Positions 9,273 to 19,037 of a DNA stretch of 41,476 bases are shown here, piece by piece; position 1 is the stretch's first letter, and every line of letters starts with the position of its first letter. The DNA is from an uncultured Aureispira sp. (GTDB lineage: Bacteria > Bacteroidota > Bacteroidia > Chitinophagales > Saprospiraceae): contig CAZBCV010000001.1 in assembly GCA_964490495.1 (NCBI GenBank), positions 3,057 to 44,532 of the forward strand, read 5' to 3'. The notes under the pieces were generated by a model. It was not told the DNA's origin. It was given only the letters and a program-made list of their open reading frames with translations, and did not search any database. A program made the translations under genes and the position numbers.

Positions 9273-10445
9273 TCATTTTCTCAGTTTTTCAAAACTTCCA
9301 ACCACATCCTCCATGATGTCATCGACATGTTCTAATCCTACCGACATCCTTATCATTTGTGCGGTGATACCCACTTGTAGTCTTTCTTCTTCTGACAGTT
9401 TGCTATGTGTTGAACTAGCCGGATGAGTGATAATAGTGCGGCTGTCACCTAAATTGGCTGTAATTGAAAGCATTTGACAATTGTCCATAAAACTTAGCGC
9501 GTCTTCCATTGTCTGCCCTACTTCAAAGGCTATGATATTTCCGCCTGCTTTCATTTGTTTTTTGGCAATATGGTTTTGTGGATGTGTATCTAAAAATGGA
9601 TATTTTAAAGTCTTTACTTGAGGATGTTTCTCAAGAAATTGGGCTATTTGAATTGCGTTTTGGCAATGCTTTTCGACTCGCAAACACAATGTTTCTAAAC
9701 TTTTGCTCAAAATCCACGCATTGAACGGAGAAAGTGAAGGACCACAGTTGCGTGATAAAAGGTATATTTCTCTCATCAAATCTTTTCTACCTACGGCAAT
9801 ACCCCCCAATACTCTTCCTTGCCCATCAATCAATTTTGTAGCTGAATGAAGGGATATATCAGCGCCATATTTTATAGGCTGTTGAAGATAGGGTGTAGCA
9901 AAACAATTGTCCACCACAAATATCAGGTTATGTTCTTTGGCAAACTGGCCCAAAAACTCTAAATCAAATATTTCTAGCCCTGGATTAGTGGGTGTCTCCA
10001 CAAATAGTATTTTTGTATTCTTTTGAAGTAATGTTTCTAATCTCTCCACTTCATTAGAATTAAAGTATGTTGTGGTCACTTGCCAAGTTGGAAAATGTTT
10101 TTGCATCAAATAATGCGTTGACCCAAATACTGATCTACAAGACAAAACATGATCTCCTGGCCGCAAAAGCGCTAGCAATGAAAAATAAATTGCACTCATG
10201 CCAGTAGAAAAAGCAACACCTGACTCTCCACCTTCCAGCAATACCATTTTATCCACAAATTCATTGACTGTTGGGTTCGAAAAACGACTGTATATATTCT
10301 TGTCATTTTCTTCTGCAAAACTAGCTCTCATATCTTCCGAATCGTCAAATACAAAACTTGATGTTAAAAAAATTGGTGTAGAGTGTTCGGAATACTTTGT
10401 TCTTTCAGTTTGGGTTCTTATGGCTTGAGTTTCAAATTTTGACAT
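9273..10445 (-). CDS. PLP-dependent trans-sulfuration family enzyme (O-succinyl/acetylhomoserine sulfhydrylase or cystathionine gamma-synthase-like)
   Basis: N-terminal ETQAIRTQ..HSTPIFLTSSF and SATKLIDGQG (PLP lysine), with the overall Cys/Met-metabolism PLP family pattern. 390 aa. Confidence 0.85.
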   Translation of the reverse strand: MSKFETQAIRTQTERTKYSEHSTPIFLTSSFVFDDSEDMRASFAEENDKNIYSRFSNPTVNEFVDKMVLLEGGESGVAFSTGMSAIYFSLLALLRPGDHVLSCRSVFGSTHYLMQKHFPTWQVTTTYFNSNEVERLETLLQKNTKILFVETPTNPGLEIFDLEFLGQFAKEHNLIFVVDNCFATPYLQQPIKYGADISLHSATKLIDGQGRVLGGIAVGRKDLMREIYLLSRNCGPSLSPFNAWILSKSLETLCLRVEKHCQNAIQIAQFLEKHPQVKTLKYPFLDTHPQNHIAKKQMKAGGNIIAFEVGQTMEDALSFMDNCQMLSITANLGDSRTIITHPASSTHSKLSEEERLQVGITAQMIRMSVGLEHVDDIMEDVVGSFEKLRK

Positions 10446-10798
10446 TATTTCAATTATTTATTAGTTTAAACCTTAATTTTTCAAATGTGTTTTGAACTGA
10501 TTTAGGAATAATGTTGTTATTAATCTCGATGGCATAGATGAAAGTACAGTTGAAAAGTTGGTAGTTTTTTTTTAAAAAAGAAGAAATAACGTTAAACCTC
10601 TAGCTTTTTTAAGAAATTAAAATACACGTCTCTTTATTTTCAGAGATAAAAAGTTTACTTTCAAAAATAGAAACAGATAGTAAGTAGCGCTTTGGTATGA
10701 TAAAAATTTATACGGATGTTACTACAATGCGAGAAGTTTTTAGCCTTAAAAATCGGTTACTTAGCTTATATTTTTTGCTTTAGCGTACCCAACTAAAA

Positions 10799-12235
10799 AT
10801 GATACAAATGAATTGGCTTCTTTTAGTTTTAATGATTTTAGCAAATCTTAATTTGTGCATTGCACAAAAAGTAACTGTATCGCGTGAAATCAATATTAAA
10901 GGAAACTACGCTTATGATGTTTTAAGTAATGTTGATGGCAACATCATTTTTCACCATGATAGAAACTCCGAACAATTATTTGAAATATACGATCGCAATC
11001 TCAGATTTATTCAAACAATTACTCCCATATATGAGTCTTCTCAATTTGCCCCTATTGGTATAGTTCCCATGGATACATCATTTAATTTTTATTACAGGCA
11101 TTTTCACGATGGAAATATCCATTATAAAGTAATTGCTTACAATAAAAATGTGTCAGTTGTAGATTCATTCACTTTTGCTGTTATTGATAAAAAAGACCAT
11201 ATTAGCAATCCTCTTTTTATCCAATCTGAAGATAAAACAAAGGTACTCGTATTCAATCCTAGCGACAAAGGTATTTATCTACGGCTTTTGGACAATATAA
11301 CTTTTGAAACCTATTATGAAGGGTTGCTTGAAGTGCCAGGAATAAATTTGAAATCAGATTTTCGAAAAATAGTATTAACTAACAGTGGTTTACTGTATCT
11401 CTTGACGCACAAAAAAGCATATTGGGATAAAAAAGAAAACAAAAATTTCCAAATTATTGAAGTTGTTTCTCCTAAATCTATTGCCATAAAAAGTATATTT
11501 CCTGATGTGGACGAAATTTCACAAATTACGTGGCAGTATGACGAAAAAAATAAAAAACTTAGCATTGGTGGTCTCACTTCATACACCGATGAAACAAAGT
11601 TAACGGGTTATTTTGGCCTGTCTGTTGATTTTAATCAACTCAAAATTGAAAATAAAATACAAACTAATAGATTTTCTTCTGATTTTATAAGTGAAACTAC
11701 AGGAAAAAAACTAGGAAAATTCAAAGGTATTCCTGACTTAGTTCTTGTAGATATACAATTAAAAAACGATGGTGGAATATTATTATTCACAGAAATGGTA
11801 AGGGAATATGTGAGACGTTCTCAAGTCATGACTCCAGGCCAGTTTGGTAGTTTTCCCTCTAGAGGATACATGGACTATTATCATGAGGATGTCTTGGTGT
11901 TTGCTACACATCCAGATGGTTCTGAACATTGGCAACGTATTCTATTCAAAAAACAATATTCTCAAGATGATGAAGGAGCCTATTCTTCTTTTTTTCTATT
12001 CAAAACTCCATCTAGAATGAAATTAATATACAATGACGAAATTAGAAATAATAACACCGTGAGTGAGTATGTTTTGAACCCACTGGGCGAATATGAAAGA
12101 AAAAGTGTCTTGAGTACTGAGTATCAAAATTTACGAATTCGATTTTCAGAGGCAGAGCAAATCGATTCAAAAACTATCATAGTACCTTCTGAAAAATCAT
12201 GGAAACTAAACCTTGTCAAAATTGAGTATCCTTAA
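10799..12235 (+). CDS. Hypothetical secreted protein
   Basis: 478-aa ORF with signal peptide MNWLLLVLMILANLNLCIAQ. The composition is beta-rich. I recognise no family. Confidence 0.65.
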   Translation: MIQMNWLLLVLMILANLNLCIAQKVTVSREINIKGNYAYDVLSNVDGNIIFHHDRNSEQLFEIYDRNLRFIQTITPIYESSQFAPIGIVPMDTSFNFYYRHFHDGNIHYKVIAYNKNVSVVDSFTFAVIDKKDHISNPLFIQSEDKTKVLVFNPSDKGIYLRLLDNITFETYYEGLLEVPGINLKSDFRKIVLTNSGLLYLLTHKKAYWDKKENKNFQIIEVVSPKSIAIKSIFPDVDEISQITWQYDEKNKKLSIGGLTSYTDETKLTGYFGLSVDFNQLKIENKIQTNRFSSDFISETTGKKLGKFKGIPDLVLVDIQLKNDGGILLFTEMVREYVRRSQVMTPGQFGSFPSRGYMDYYHEDVLVFATHPDGSEHWQRILFKKQYSQDDEGAYSSFFLFKTPSRMKLIYNDEIRNNNTVSEYVLNPLGEYERKSVLSTEYQNLRIRFSEAEQIDSKTIIVPSEKSWKLNLVKIEYP

Positions 12236-12314
12236 ACAGTGAAATGCTATTTTTTCAGAAAGAAATTTGAAGTAAATATCTAAGTTGAATTAATAAAAAA
12301 ACATACGTTATTTG

Positions 12315-12322
12315 TACCTTTG
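12315..12322 (+). promoter_or_regulatory. Bacteroidota-type -7 promoter box (TACCTTTG)
   Basis: Exact TAnnTTTG match 29 nt upstream of the aspS ATG. Confidence 0.5.
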
Positions 12323-12350
12323 CGCACTTTAATAAAATAATTTCATTGAT

Positions 12351-14120
12351 ATGTATAGAAGTCATAATTGTGGTGAATTGAGAATCACCGATATCGGTAA
12401 AAATGTCACAATATCTGGTTGGGTTCAGAAAAACAGGGATTTAGGCGGTTTGACCTTTGTAGATGTGAGAGATAGATATGGTATTACCCAATTAGTTTTC
12501 AATATAGATGAAAATGAACCTCTTTGTGCTCATGCACGTACACTTGGCCGTGAGTATGTAATTCAAGCTACGGGAGTAGTACGAGAAAGATCGTCTAAAA
12601 ACCCTAATAGACCCACTGGCGATGTAGAAATTGATGTCCAATCTCTCTTTATACTCAATGGTTCTAAAGTTCCTCCTTTCACCATAGAAAACGAAACTGA
12701 TGGTGGTGATGATATTAGGATGAAGTATCGGTACTTAGATATTAGGCGTACACCTGTGCAAAACAATATAATTTTTAGATCAAAATTGGCCATCGAAACG
12801 CGCAAATATTTAGATAATCAGGGTTTTATTGAGGTAGAAACACCTTTTTTAATCAAAAGCACTCCCGAAGGCGCAAGAGATTTTGTTGTACCTAGCCGAC
12901 TCAATCCTGGACAATTTTACGCTTTACCACAGTCTCCCCAAACCTTCAAACAAATATTGATGGTGGCTGGTATTGATAAGTATTTTCAGATAGTCAAGTG
13001 TTTCCGAGATGAAGACTTGAGAGCTGATAGACAACCAGAATTTACTCAAATAGACTGCGAAATGTCCTTCGTTCACATAGAAGACATACTGAATACTTTC
13101 GAAGGCTTGACAAAACACCTGTTCAAAAACACACTCAATGTCGAAATGCCTGATTTTCCTCGCATTTCTTATGACGAAGCTTTACAAAAATATGGCTCTG
13201 ACAAACCAGATTTGAGATTTGATATGTCATTTACAGAAATGAATGAATTTGTAAAAGGTCATGGGTTTGGCGTATTTGATGAAGCAGAATTGGTGGTAGG
13301 TTTTTGTGCCAAAGGTATAGCAGAAGAATATACCAATAAATCTATGAAAGACCTTACAGAATGGCTCCAAAGACCACAAATTGGTGCAAAGGGCCTCGTA
13401 TATGTTAAGTTTCAAGAAGACGGCAGTATAAAATCAACAGTGAGTAAATTTTATTCGGACGAACAATTGTCAGTTTGGGGAGAAAAAATGGGCGCAGAAA
13501 AAGGTGATGTGCTTTTCATATTATCTGGCGAAACCGACAAAACACGCAAGCAACTCAATGAATTACGCCTTGAGATGGGCCGAAGACTCGGACTTATGAA
13601 AGACGGAGATTTCAAACCTTTGTGGGTTCTTGATTTTCCACTTTTGGAATGGGACGAGGGCGCACAAAGGTTTCATGCTATGCATCACCCTTTCACTTCT
13701 CCCAAAAAAGAAGACATACCGCGCATGCTCAATGGCGACCACGAGACCATGAAAAGCCTGAGAGCCGACGCTTATGATTTAGTTATCAATGGTTCTGAAA
13801 TAGGTGGTGGTTCTATTCGTATTCACGATAGAGAGCTTCAATCCAAAAACTTTGATTTATTAGGATTTAGTAAAGAAGAGGCTGAAAATCAATTTGGATT
13901 TTTAATGGGGGCTTTTGAATATGGAGCACCTCCTCATGGAGGTATTGCCTTTGGTTTTGATAGATTATGTGCGGTGATGAATGGTCAGTCTTCCATAAGA
14001 GACTTTATCGCATTTCCAAAAAATAACCAAGGTAAAGACATGATGATTGACGCTCCTTCCGAAGTACATTCTCAACAATTAGACGAACTGTCTTTAAAAC
14101 TAAATCTTAAAACAACATAA
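12351..14120 (+). CDS. aspS: Aspartate--tRNA ligase
   Basis: Class IIb motifs: N-terminal OB fold ([22 protein letters not shown]), [18 protein letters not shown], and [20 protein letters not shown]. Confidence 0.95.
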   Translation: MYRSHNCGELRITDIGKNVTISGWVQKNRDLGGLTFVDVRDRYGITQLVFNIDENEPLCAHARTLGREYVIQATGVVRERSSKNPNRPTGDVEIDVQSLFILNGSKVPPFTIENETDGGDDIRMKYRYLDIRRTPVQNNIIFRSKLAIETRKYLDNQGFIEVETPFLIKSTPEGARDFVVPSRLNPGQFYALPQSPQTFKQILMVAGIDKYFQIVKCFRDEDLRADRQPEFTQIDCEMSFVHIEDILNTFEGLTKHLFKNTLNVEMPDFPRISYDEALQKYGSDKPDLRFDMSFTEMNEFVKGHGFGVFDEAELVVGFCAKGIAEEYTNKSMKDLTEWLQRPQIGAKGLVYVKFQEDGSIKSTVSKFYSDEQLSVWGEKMGAEKGDVLFILSGETDKTRKQLNELRLEMGRRLGLMKDGDFKPLWVLDFPLLEWDEGAQRFHAMHHPFTSPKKEDIPRMLNGDHETMKSLRADAYDLVINGSEIGGGSIRIHDRELQSKNFDLLGFSKEEAENQFGFLMGAFEYGAPPHGGIAFGFDRLCAVMNGQSSIRDFIAFPKNNQGKDMMIDAPSEVHSQQLDELSLKLNLKTT

Positions 14121-14142
14121 AATTATTTGTTGAAAAGCATAT

Positions 14143-14178
14143 AAAAAAGCCCCAATTAGATATTTAATTGGGGCTTTT
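14143..14178. terminator. Bidirectional rho-independent terminator between aspS and recA
   Basis: A 10-bp stem, GCCCCAATTA (14149-14158) with TAATTGGGGC (14165-14174), flanked by A6 and T4. Confidence 0.8.
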
Positions 14179-14197
14179 ATTTAAATTTCCTATTGCA

Positions 14198-15241
14198 TTA
14201 ATCCTCTAGTGTATCCTCTACTGAATTCTCTACTATTTCTGTTGGCTTATATCTTTCTTTAATCTTATTCTCAATCTCTAATGCCAATTCTGGATTGTCT
14301 GCCATAAATTGTTTTGCACCTTCACGTCCTTGAGCTATTTTTGTGCCTTCATAACTAAACCATGAACCACTTTTTCCAATAATATCCGTTTCAACGCCTA
14401 AATCTACAATTTCCCCATTTTTTGAAATACCTTCTCCAAAAACAATATCAAAAGTAGCAATTCTGAAAGGAGGCGCTAATTTATTTTTGACAACTTTAAC
14501 TTTTACAGGATTACCAATAGTATTTCCTTCTTTGTCTTTGATGGCTGTGCCTGATTTACGAATATCTAAACGTACCGAAGCATAAAATTTTAGAGCATTA
14601 CCACCCGTAGTTGTTTCAGGATTCCCAAACATGACACCGATTTTTTCTCTCAGTTGGTTGATGAATATACAACAACAACCAGTACGGCCAATAGTAGCTG
14701 TCAATTTTCTTAAAGCTTGTGACATAAGACGGGCCTGAAGACCCATTTTTGAATCACCCATTTCTCCTTCAATCTCACTTCTTGGTACCAAAGCAGCTAC
14801 TGAGTCTATCACAATGATATCAATAGCACCCGATCGAATAAGATTTTCAGTAATTTCCAATGCTTGTTCTCCATTGTCTGGTTGAGAAATAAGGAGTTCT
14901 TCAGTATTCACCCCAAGACTTTCCGCATAGAATCTATCAAAAGCATGCTCTGCATCTATTATTGCCGCAATACCTCCTTGTTTTTGACATTCAGCAATAG
15001 CATGAATAGCCAATGTGGTTTTACCTGATGATTCAGGGCCATATATTTCTACAACTCTTCCTTTCGGAAAACCATTGATACCTAAAGCTATATCCAATCC
15101 TAAGGAACCCGTAGGAATAGTTTCCACCTTTACTACTTGTTTATCCCCCAATTTCATTATTGTACCTTTTCCATAAGTCTTATCTAACTTATCCATGGTG
15201 AGTGCCAGGGCTTTTAATTTTTCTTCTCTTTCTTTAGACAT
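14198..15241 (-). CDS. recA: Recombinase RecA
   Basis: Walker [11 protein letters not shown], plus [35 protein letters not shown] place the start at ATG 15239-15241. The TTG at 15263-15265 lies inside a -7 promoter box. Confidence 0.95.
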   Translation of the reverse strand: MSKEREEKLKALALTMDKLDKTYGKGTIMKLGDKQVVKVETIPTGSLGLDIALGINGFPKGRVVEIYGPESSGKTTLAIHAIAECQKQGGIAAIIDAEHAFDRFYAESLGVNTEELLISQPDNGEQALEITENLIRSGAIDIIVIDSVAALVPRSEIEGEMGDSKMGLQARLMSQALRKLTATIGRTGCCCIFINQLREKIGVMFGNPETTTGGNALKFYASVRLDIRKSGTAIKDKEGNTIGNPVKVKVVKNKLAPPFRIATFDIVFGEGISKNGEIVDLGVETDIIGKSGSWFSYEGTKIAQGREGAKQFMADNPELALEIENKIKERYKPTEIVENSVEDTLED

Positions 15242-15262
15242 TTTACAATTATTTATGTGGGG

Positions 15263-15270
15263 CAAAGATA
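15263..15270 (-). promoter_or_regulatory. Bacteroidota-type -7 promoter box (TATCTTTG on the minus strand)
   Basis: Exact TAnnTTTG match 22 nt upstream of the recA ATG. Confidence 0.5.
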
Positions 15271-15387
15271 TGGAGATTATTTATATATTTATTATCAAAA
15301 TTTAAAAATAATCTCATCAAATTCAAATATATTAAAAGTATTTTTAAAAAAAATCAATTATTCATAGGGCAAAAGAGAATTATCTGT

Positions 15388-15395
15388 TAATTTTG
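15388..15395 (+). promoter_or_regulatory. Bacteroidota-type -7 promoter box (TAATTTTG)
   Basis: Exact TAnnTTTG match 23 nt upstream of the sucC ATG. Confidence 0.5.
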
Positions 15396-15417
15396 CGGCA
15401 ATTCAATAAATAACAAT

Positions 15418-16617
15418 ATGAACTTACACGAATATCAAGGCAAAGATTTATTAGCTTCTTATGGAGTAGAAATACAAAGAGGCAAATTAGCTCACACTGT
15501 TGAAGAAGCTGTGCAAGCATACAAAGACTTACAAAATGAAACTGGAACTCAGTTTTGTGTAGTCAAAGCACAAATTCATGCAGGTGGCAGAGGTAAAGGA
15601 GGTGGCGTCAAATTGGCGAAAAATCTTGATGACCTCAAGCAACATGCTGGAAATATTTTGGGTATGATGCTCAAAACTCCACAAACTCCAGGAGGAATGG
15701 AAGGCGAAGGTAAATTGGTCAGAAAAGTATTGGTAGCTGAAGATACTTATGCCCCCGATTTCGATGCCTGCAAAGAATACTATGTTTCTATACTAATGGA
15801 TAGAGAAACTAAAAGAAATGTCATAATTTACTCTACAGAAGGAGGTATGAATATTGAAGAGGTAGCTGAACAAACTCCTCATTTAGTTCATAAAGAATAT
15901 ATTGATCCACATGTGGGTTTGAGAGATTTTCAAAAACGCAAAATTGCTTTTAATTTAGGGTTATCTGGTACAGCTTTCAAAAACTTTACTAAATTTATTG
16001 GTAATCTATATACTGCTTTTATAGGTTCTGATGCCTCGCTCTTCGAAATCAATCCTTGCCTTAAAACAGCTGATGATAGAATTTTGGCTGTAGATAGTAA
16101 GGTGACAATAGACGACAATTCGCTTTTTAGACATCCTGATTTGGCTGCATTGAGAGACTTTGACGAAGAAGACCCAACAGAAGTAGAAGCACAAAGTTAT
16201 GGTCTTAATTACGTGAAACTTGATGGAAATGTTGGCTGTATGGTCAACGGAGCAGGATTGGCTATGGCTACCATGGATATTATAAAACTATCTGGAGGCT
16301 CACCGGCCAACTTCTTAGATGTAGGTGGTACCGCAGATGCTGCTAGAGTAGAGCAAGCTTTTAGACTTATACTCCGTGATGGTAACGTCAAAGCTATTTT
16401 GATAAATATTTTTGGAGGAATAGTAAGATGTGATAGAGTGGCGCAAGGTGTCGTTGATGCATACAAAAATATGGGAAATATCAATGTACCCATTATCGTG
16501 AGACTTCAAGGTACCAATGCTGACATCGCCAAAGAATTGATTGACAATAGTGGTTTGGAAGTACATTCTGCTATCCAACTTCATGAAGCCGCAGACTTGG
16601 TCAAAAGTGTAATATAA
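15418..16617 (+). CDS. sucC: Succinate--CoA ligase (ADP-forming) beta subunit
   Basis: MNLHEYQGKDLL.., ATP-grasp region KAQIHAGGRGKGGGVK, and GNVGCMVNGAGLAMATMD. Confidence 0.95.
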   Translation: MNLHEYQGKDLLASYGVEIQRGKLAHTVEEAVQAYKDLQNETGTQFCVVKAQIHAGGRGKGGGVKLAKNLDDLKQHAGNILGMMLKTPQTPGGMEGEGKLVRKVLVAEDTYAPDFDACKEYYVSILMDRETKRNVIIYSTEGGMNIEEVAEQTPHLVHKEYIDPHVGLRDFQKRKIAFNLGLSGTAFKNFTKFIGNLYTAFIGSDASLFEINPCLKTADDRILAVDSKVTIDDNSLFRHPDLAALRDFDEEDPTEVEAQSYGLNYVKLDGNVGCMVNGAGLAMATMDIIKLSGGSPANFLDVGGTADAARVEQAFRLILRDGNVKAILINIFGGIVRCDRVAQGVVDAYKNMGNINVPIIVRLQGTNADIAKELIDNSGLEVHSAIQLHEAADLVKSVI

Positions 16618-16685
16618 TTGTTTTGTGCGTGGTGCTCAATCCTAACCAGATGATCCCAAATAGATTTACAAAACGATATGCTTTG

Positions 16686-16717
16686 AAAATGCGAGTTTCG
16701 GCTCGCATTTTCTTTTA
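16686..16717 (+). terminator. Rho-independent terminator after sucC
   Basis: A 10-bp stem, AAAATGCGAG (16686-16695) with CTCGCATTTT (16702-16711), followed by a T-rich tail. Confidence 0.75.
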
Positions 16718-16754
16718 ATATCAGATGTGTAGAAATGAAAAATATATCCGCTAA

Positions 16755-17987
16755 ATGGCACAATCTTATACATTATACGAACTCAACGAATATATAAAAA
16801 GGGTTATTGCTCTCAATTTTTCAGAACCTATTTGGATAAATTGTGAAATATCTCAAGTCAAAGAAGTGAGAGGCAATGTATATTTGGACCTTGTCCATCA
16901 CGATGAAAATACAGATGAAATTAAAGCCCAAATATCTGCTAATATTTGGTATAAAAACTACCTTTTTATAAAAAACAAATTAGGTCACCTTTTGCCTTCT
17001 TTACTCAAAGAAGGTACCCATGTCTTACTAAAAGTAAAAGTTGAATTCAGCGAAAGATATGGAATGAAACTTACTATCGAAGATATTGACCCTAGTTTTA
17101 CCATAGGTCAAATGGAAATGAACCGTCAAAAAATCCTTCAAAGACTGCATGAAGAAGGGCTTGTTCGTCTCAATAAACAGCACGATTTACCTAAAGTAAT
17201 TCAGAAAATAGCTGTCATATCTTCCGAAAATGCAGCTGGATATATTGACTTTATCAAGCATCTACAATCTAATGTCTATGGGTATTGTTTCAAAACAAAG
17301 TTGTATTCGGCAGCATTACAAGGTCTAAATACTGAAAGAGAAGTATGTCAAGCTCTGAGAGAAATAGAATCTTTATGGGCAGATTTTGATGTGGTGGTCA
17401 TCATCAGAGGAGGAGGCTCAAAATTGGATCTAGCCTGGTTTGACAATTACAATATTGGGAGTCTCATCGCCAAAAGTTCCATCCCCGTCATTACTGGCAT
17501 AGGACACGATATAGACTCAACCGTAACGGACACTTTGGCCCACACAAGCCTAAAAACACCTACAGCCGTAGCAGATTTTTTTATAAATCACAATCTCCAA
17601 TTCGAGTCGGATATAGATCACACTTCTCACTGGATTACACAAATGGCTCAACAAATTTTGAGACAACAACAGCTTTCACTACAAAACATTACACACGAAA
17701 TATTGTGGATTCCTAAAGACAAATTAAGAAATAATCATATGTTGGTGGACCAATGTAAAAAATCAATATATCAAGAAGCCTTTAGAAAAATTAAAAACAA
17801 TAAAGACAACATTTTATTAATGGATAAAGAAATTTATATTTCAAATCCAAAAAATATTCTTAAAAAAGGGTATTCTATAGTGAGGCAAAATCAAAAAATA
17901 TCTAAAGTTTCAACAGATTTGAATCTTATGAATTCTTTTGAAATTCAATTTATAGACAAAACCATCAAAATTAATATTAATGAGTAA
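16755..17987 (+). CDS. xseA: Exodeoxyribonuclease VII large subunit
   Basis: N-terminal OB-fold region YTLYELNEYIKRVI..IWINCEISQVK..GNVYLDL, and the catalytic core IIRGGGSKLDLAWFD. Confidence 0.9.
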   Translation: MAQSYTLYELNEYIKRVIALNFSEPIWINCEISQVKEVRGNVYLDLVHHDENTDEIKAQISANIWYKNYLFIKNKLGHLLPSLLKEGTHVLLKVKVEFSERYGMKLTIEDIDPSFTIGQMEMNRQKILQRLHEEGLVRLNKQHDLPKVIQKIAVISSENAAGYIDFIKHLQSNVYGYCFKTKLYSAALQGLNTEREVCQALREIESLWADFDVVVIIRGGGSKLDLAWFDNYNIGSLIAKSSIPVITGIGHDIDSTVTDTLAHTSLKTPTAVADFFINHNLQFESDIDHTSHWITQMAQQILRQQQLSLQNITHEILWIPKDKLRNNHMLVDQCKKSIYQEAFRKIKNNKDNILLMDKEIYISNPKNILKKGYSIVRQNQKISKVSTDLNLMNSFEIQFIDKTIKININE

Positions 17988-18177
17988 AAAATTGACGTAC
18001 GATAGCGCATTCAAAGAGTTAAACAATATTCTCAACTTAATGCAATCTGATGAAGTAGCATTGGATGACCTCGAAAAACTTATCAAAAGGGCCAATGAGC
18101 TTTCCGAATTTTGCAAAGAAAGATTGAAATCCATAGAAGAAGAAGTCCAAAAACTTGGCGTGAACAAAGAAGATTAA
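17980..18177 (+). CDS. xseB: Exodeoxyribonuclease VII small subunit
   Basis: 65-aa helical protein (YDSAFKELNNIL..LDDLEKLIKRANELSEFCKERL). Its ATG overlaps the xseA stop (ATGAGTAA). Confidence 0.85.
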   Translation: MSKKLTYDSAFKELNNILNLMQSDEVALDDLEKLIKRANELSEFCKERLKSIEEEVQKLGVNKED

Positions 18178-18248
18178 TATCCCCTGATTTTAGTATTTTT
18201 TAGTTTAAGTTTTGCTGACCACAGCCATTCAATATAAGTGATTCGCAA

Positions 18249-19025
18249 TCACCCTTGTTTCAGAATCCCCATACCAAACAATGCAAAATCATACTTTACT
18301 GGATCGGTAGGGTCAAACATTTTGAGATTGTCTGTTAATTCTTCAACGGCTTGCCAGTCTCTTTGTTTTCTTTTCAAAAGACTTAGCTGTCGAGCATAGT
18401 TTTCTACATGAACATCTAAAGGTATTTTTAATGAAGACATTGGTATTTGACTCCACAATCCAAAATCAACACCTTTACTGTCTTTGCGTACCATCCATCT
18501 TAAAAACATATTGAGCCTTTTACATGTAGAACCAGATACAGGCGAAGAAACATGTTTTTCGGTTCGTTTTAAGGAATAAGGTGAATCAAAAAAATATGAT
18601 TTAAAACAAGACAAACTTTTATAAACACTAAAATTTTCCTCGTTTCCCAATAAAAAGGCCGCCTCTAAACTATTATGATGGGTATAGTGCCTTTTGAGAA
18701 AATCAATAAAATAGAGCAAATCAACATCTTGAAAAGTGCGATGAACAAAACCCAGCATTTTTTTCAAGTCTTTTTCCTCATGATTTAAAACAAATTGATA
18801 CGGACTTTCATCCATGAGCTCCATGATGAGATTGGTCTTATTAACTATGGTTTTTCTTTGTCCCCAAGCTAATATGGCACTAAAAAACGCAGAAATTTCT
18901 ACATCTTGCTTTAAGGAAAATCTATGAGGTATGGAAATAGGGTCGTCTTGAATAAAATCAACTACGTTCACTTTCTCATACCATTCATCCAAATAATCTT
19001 TGAGATGCTCATGAGTAATTGTCAC
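18249..19025 (-). CDS. TIGR02757/DUF2400-family protein (function unknown)
   Basis: FIQDDPISIPHRF..DVEISAFFSAILAWGQRK matches my memory of the DUF2400 N-terminal signature. It starts 12 nt after the infB stop. Confidence 0.7.
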   Translation of the reverse strand: MTITHEHLKDYLDEWYEKVNVVDFIQDDPISIPHRFSLKQDVEISAFFSAILAWGQRKTIVNKTNLIMELMDESPYQFVLNHEEKDLKKMLGFVHRTFQDVDLLYFIDFLKRHYTHHNSLEAAFLLGNEENFSVYKSLSCFKSYFFDSPYSLKRTEKHVSSPVSGSTCKRLNMFLRWMVRKDSKGVDFGLWSQIPMSSLKIPLDVHVENYARQLSLLKRKQRDWQAVEELTDNLKMFDPTDPVKYDFALFGMGILKQG

Positions 19026-19037
19026 AATAATGTCGAA

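Noticed and set aside
15418-16717. sucC is followed by a terminator rather than sucD.
   Set aside because: This rests on gene order only. sucD may simply be encoded elsewhere, and nothing in the sequence suggests loss or novelty.
15930-16763. A cluster of five minus-strand ORFs (60-94 aa) overlapping sucC and its terminator.
   Set aside because: They are embedded antisense in a highly conserved gene and have no recognisable motifs. They are stop-poor antisense frames, a product of codon bias.
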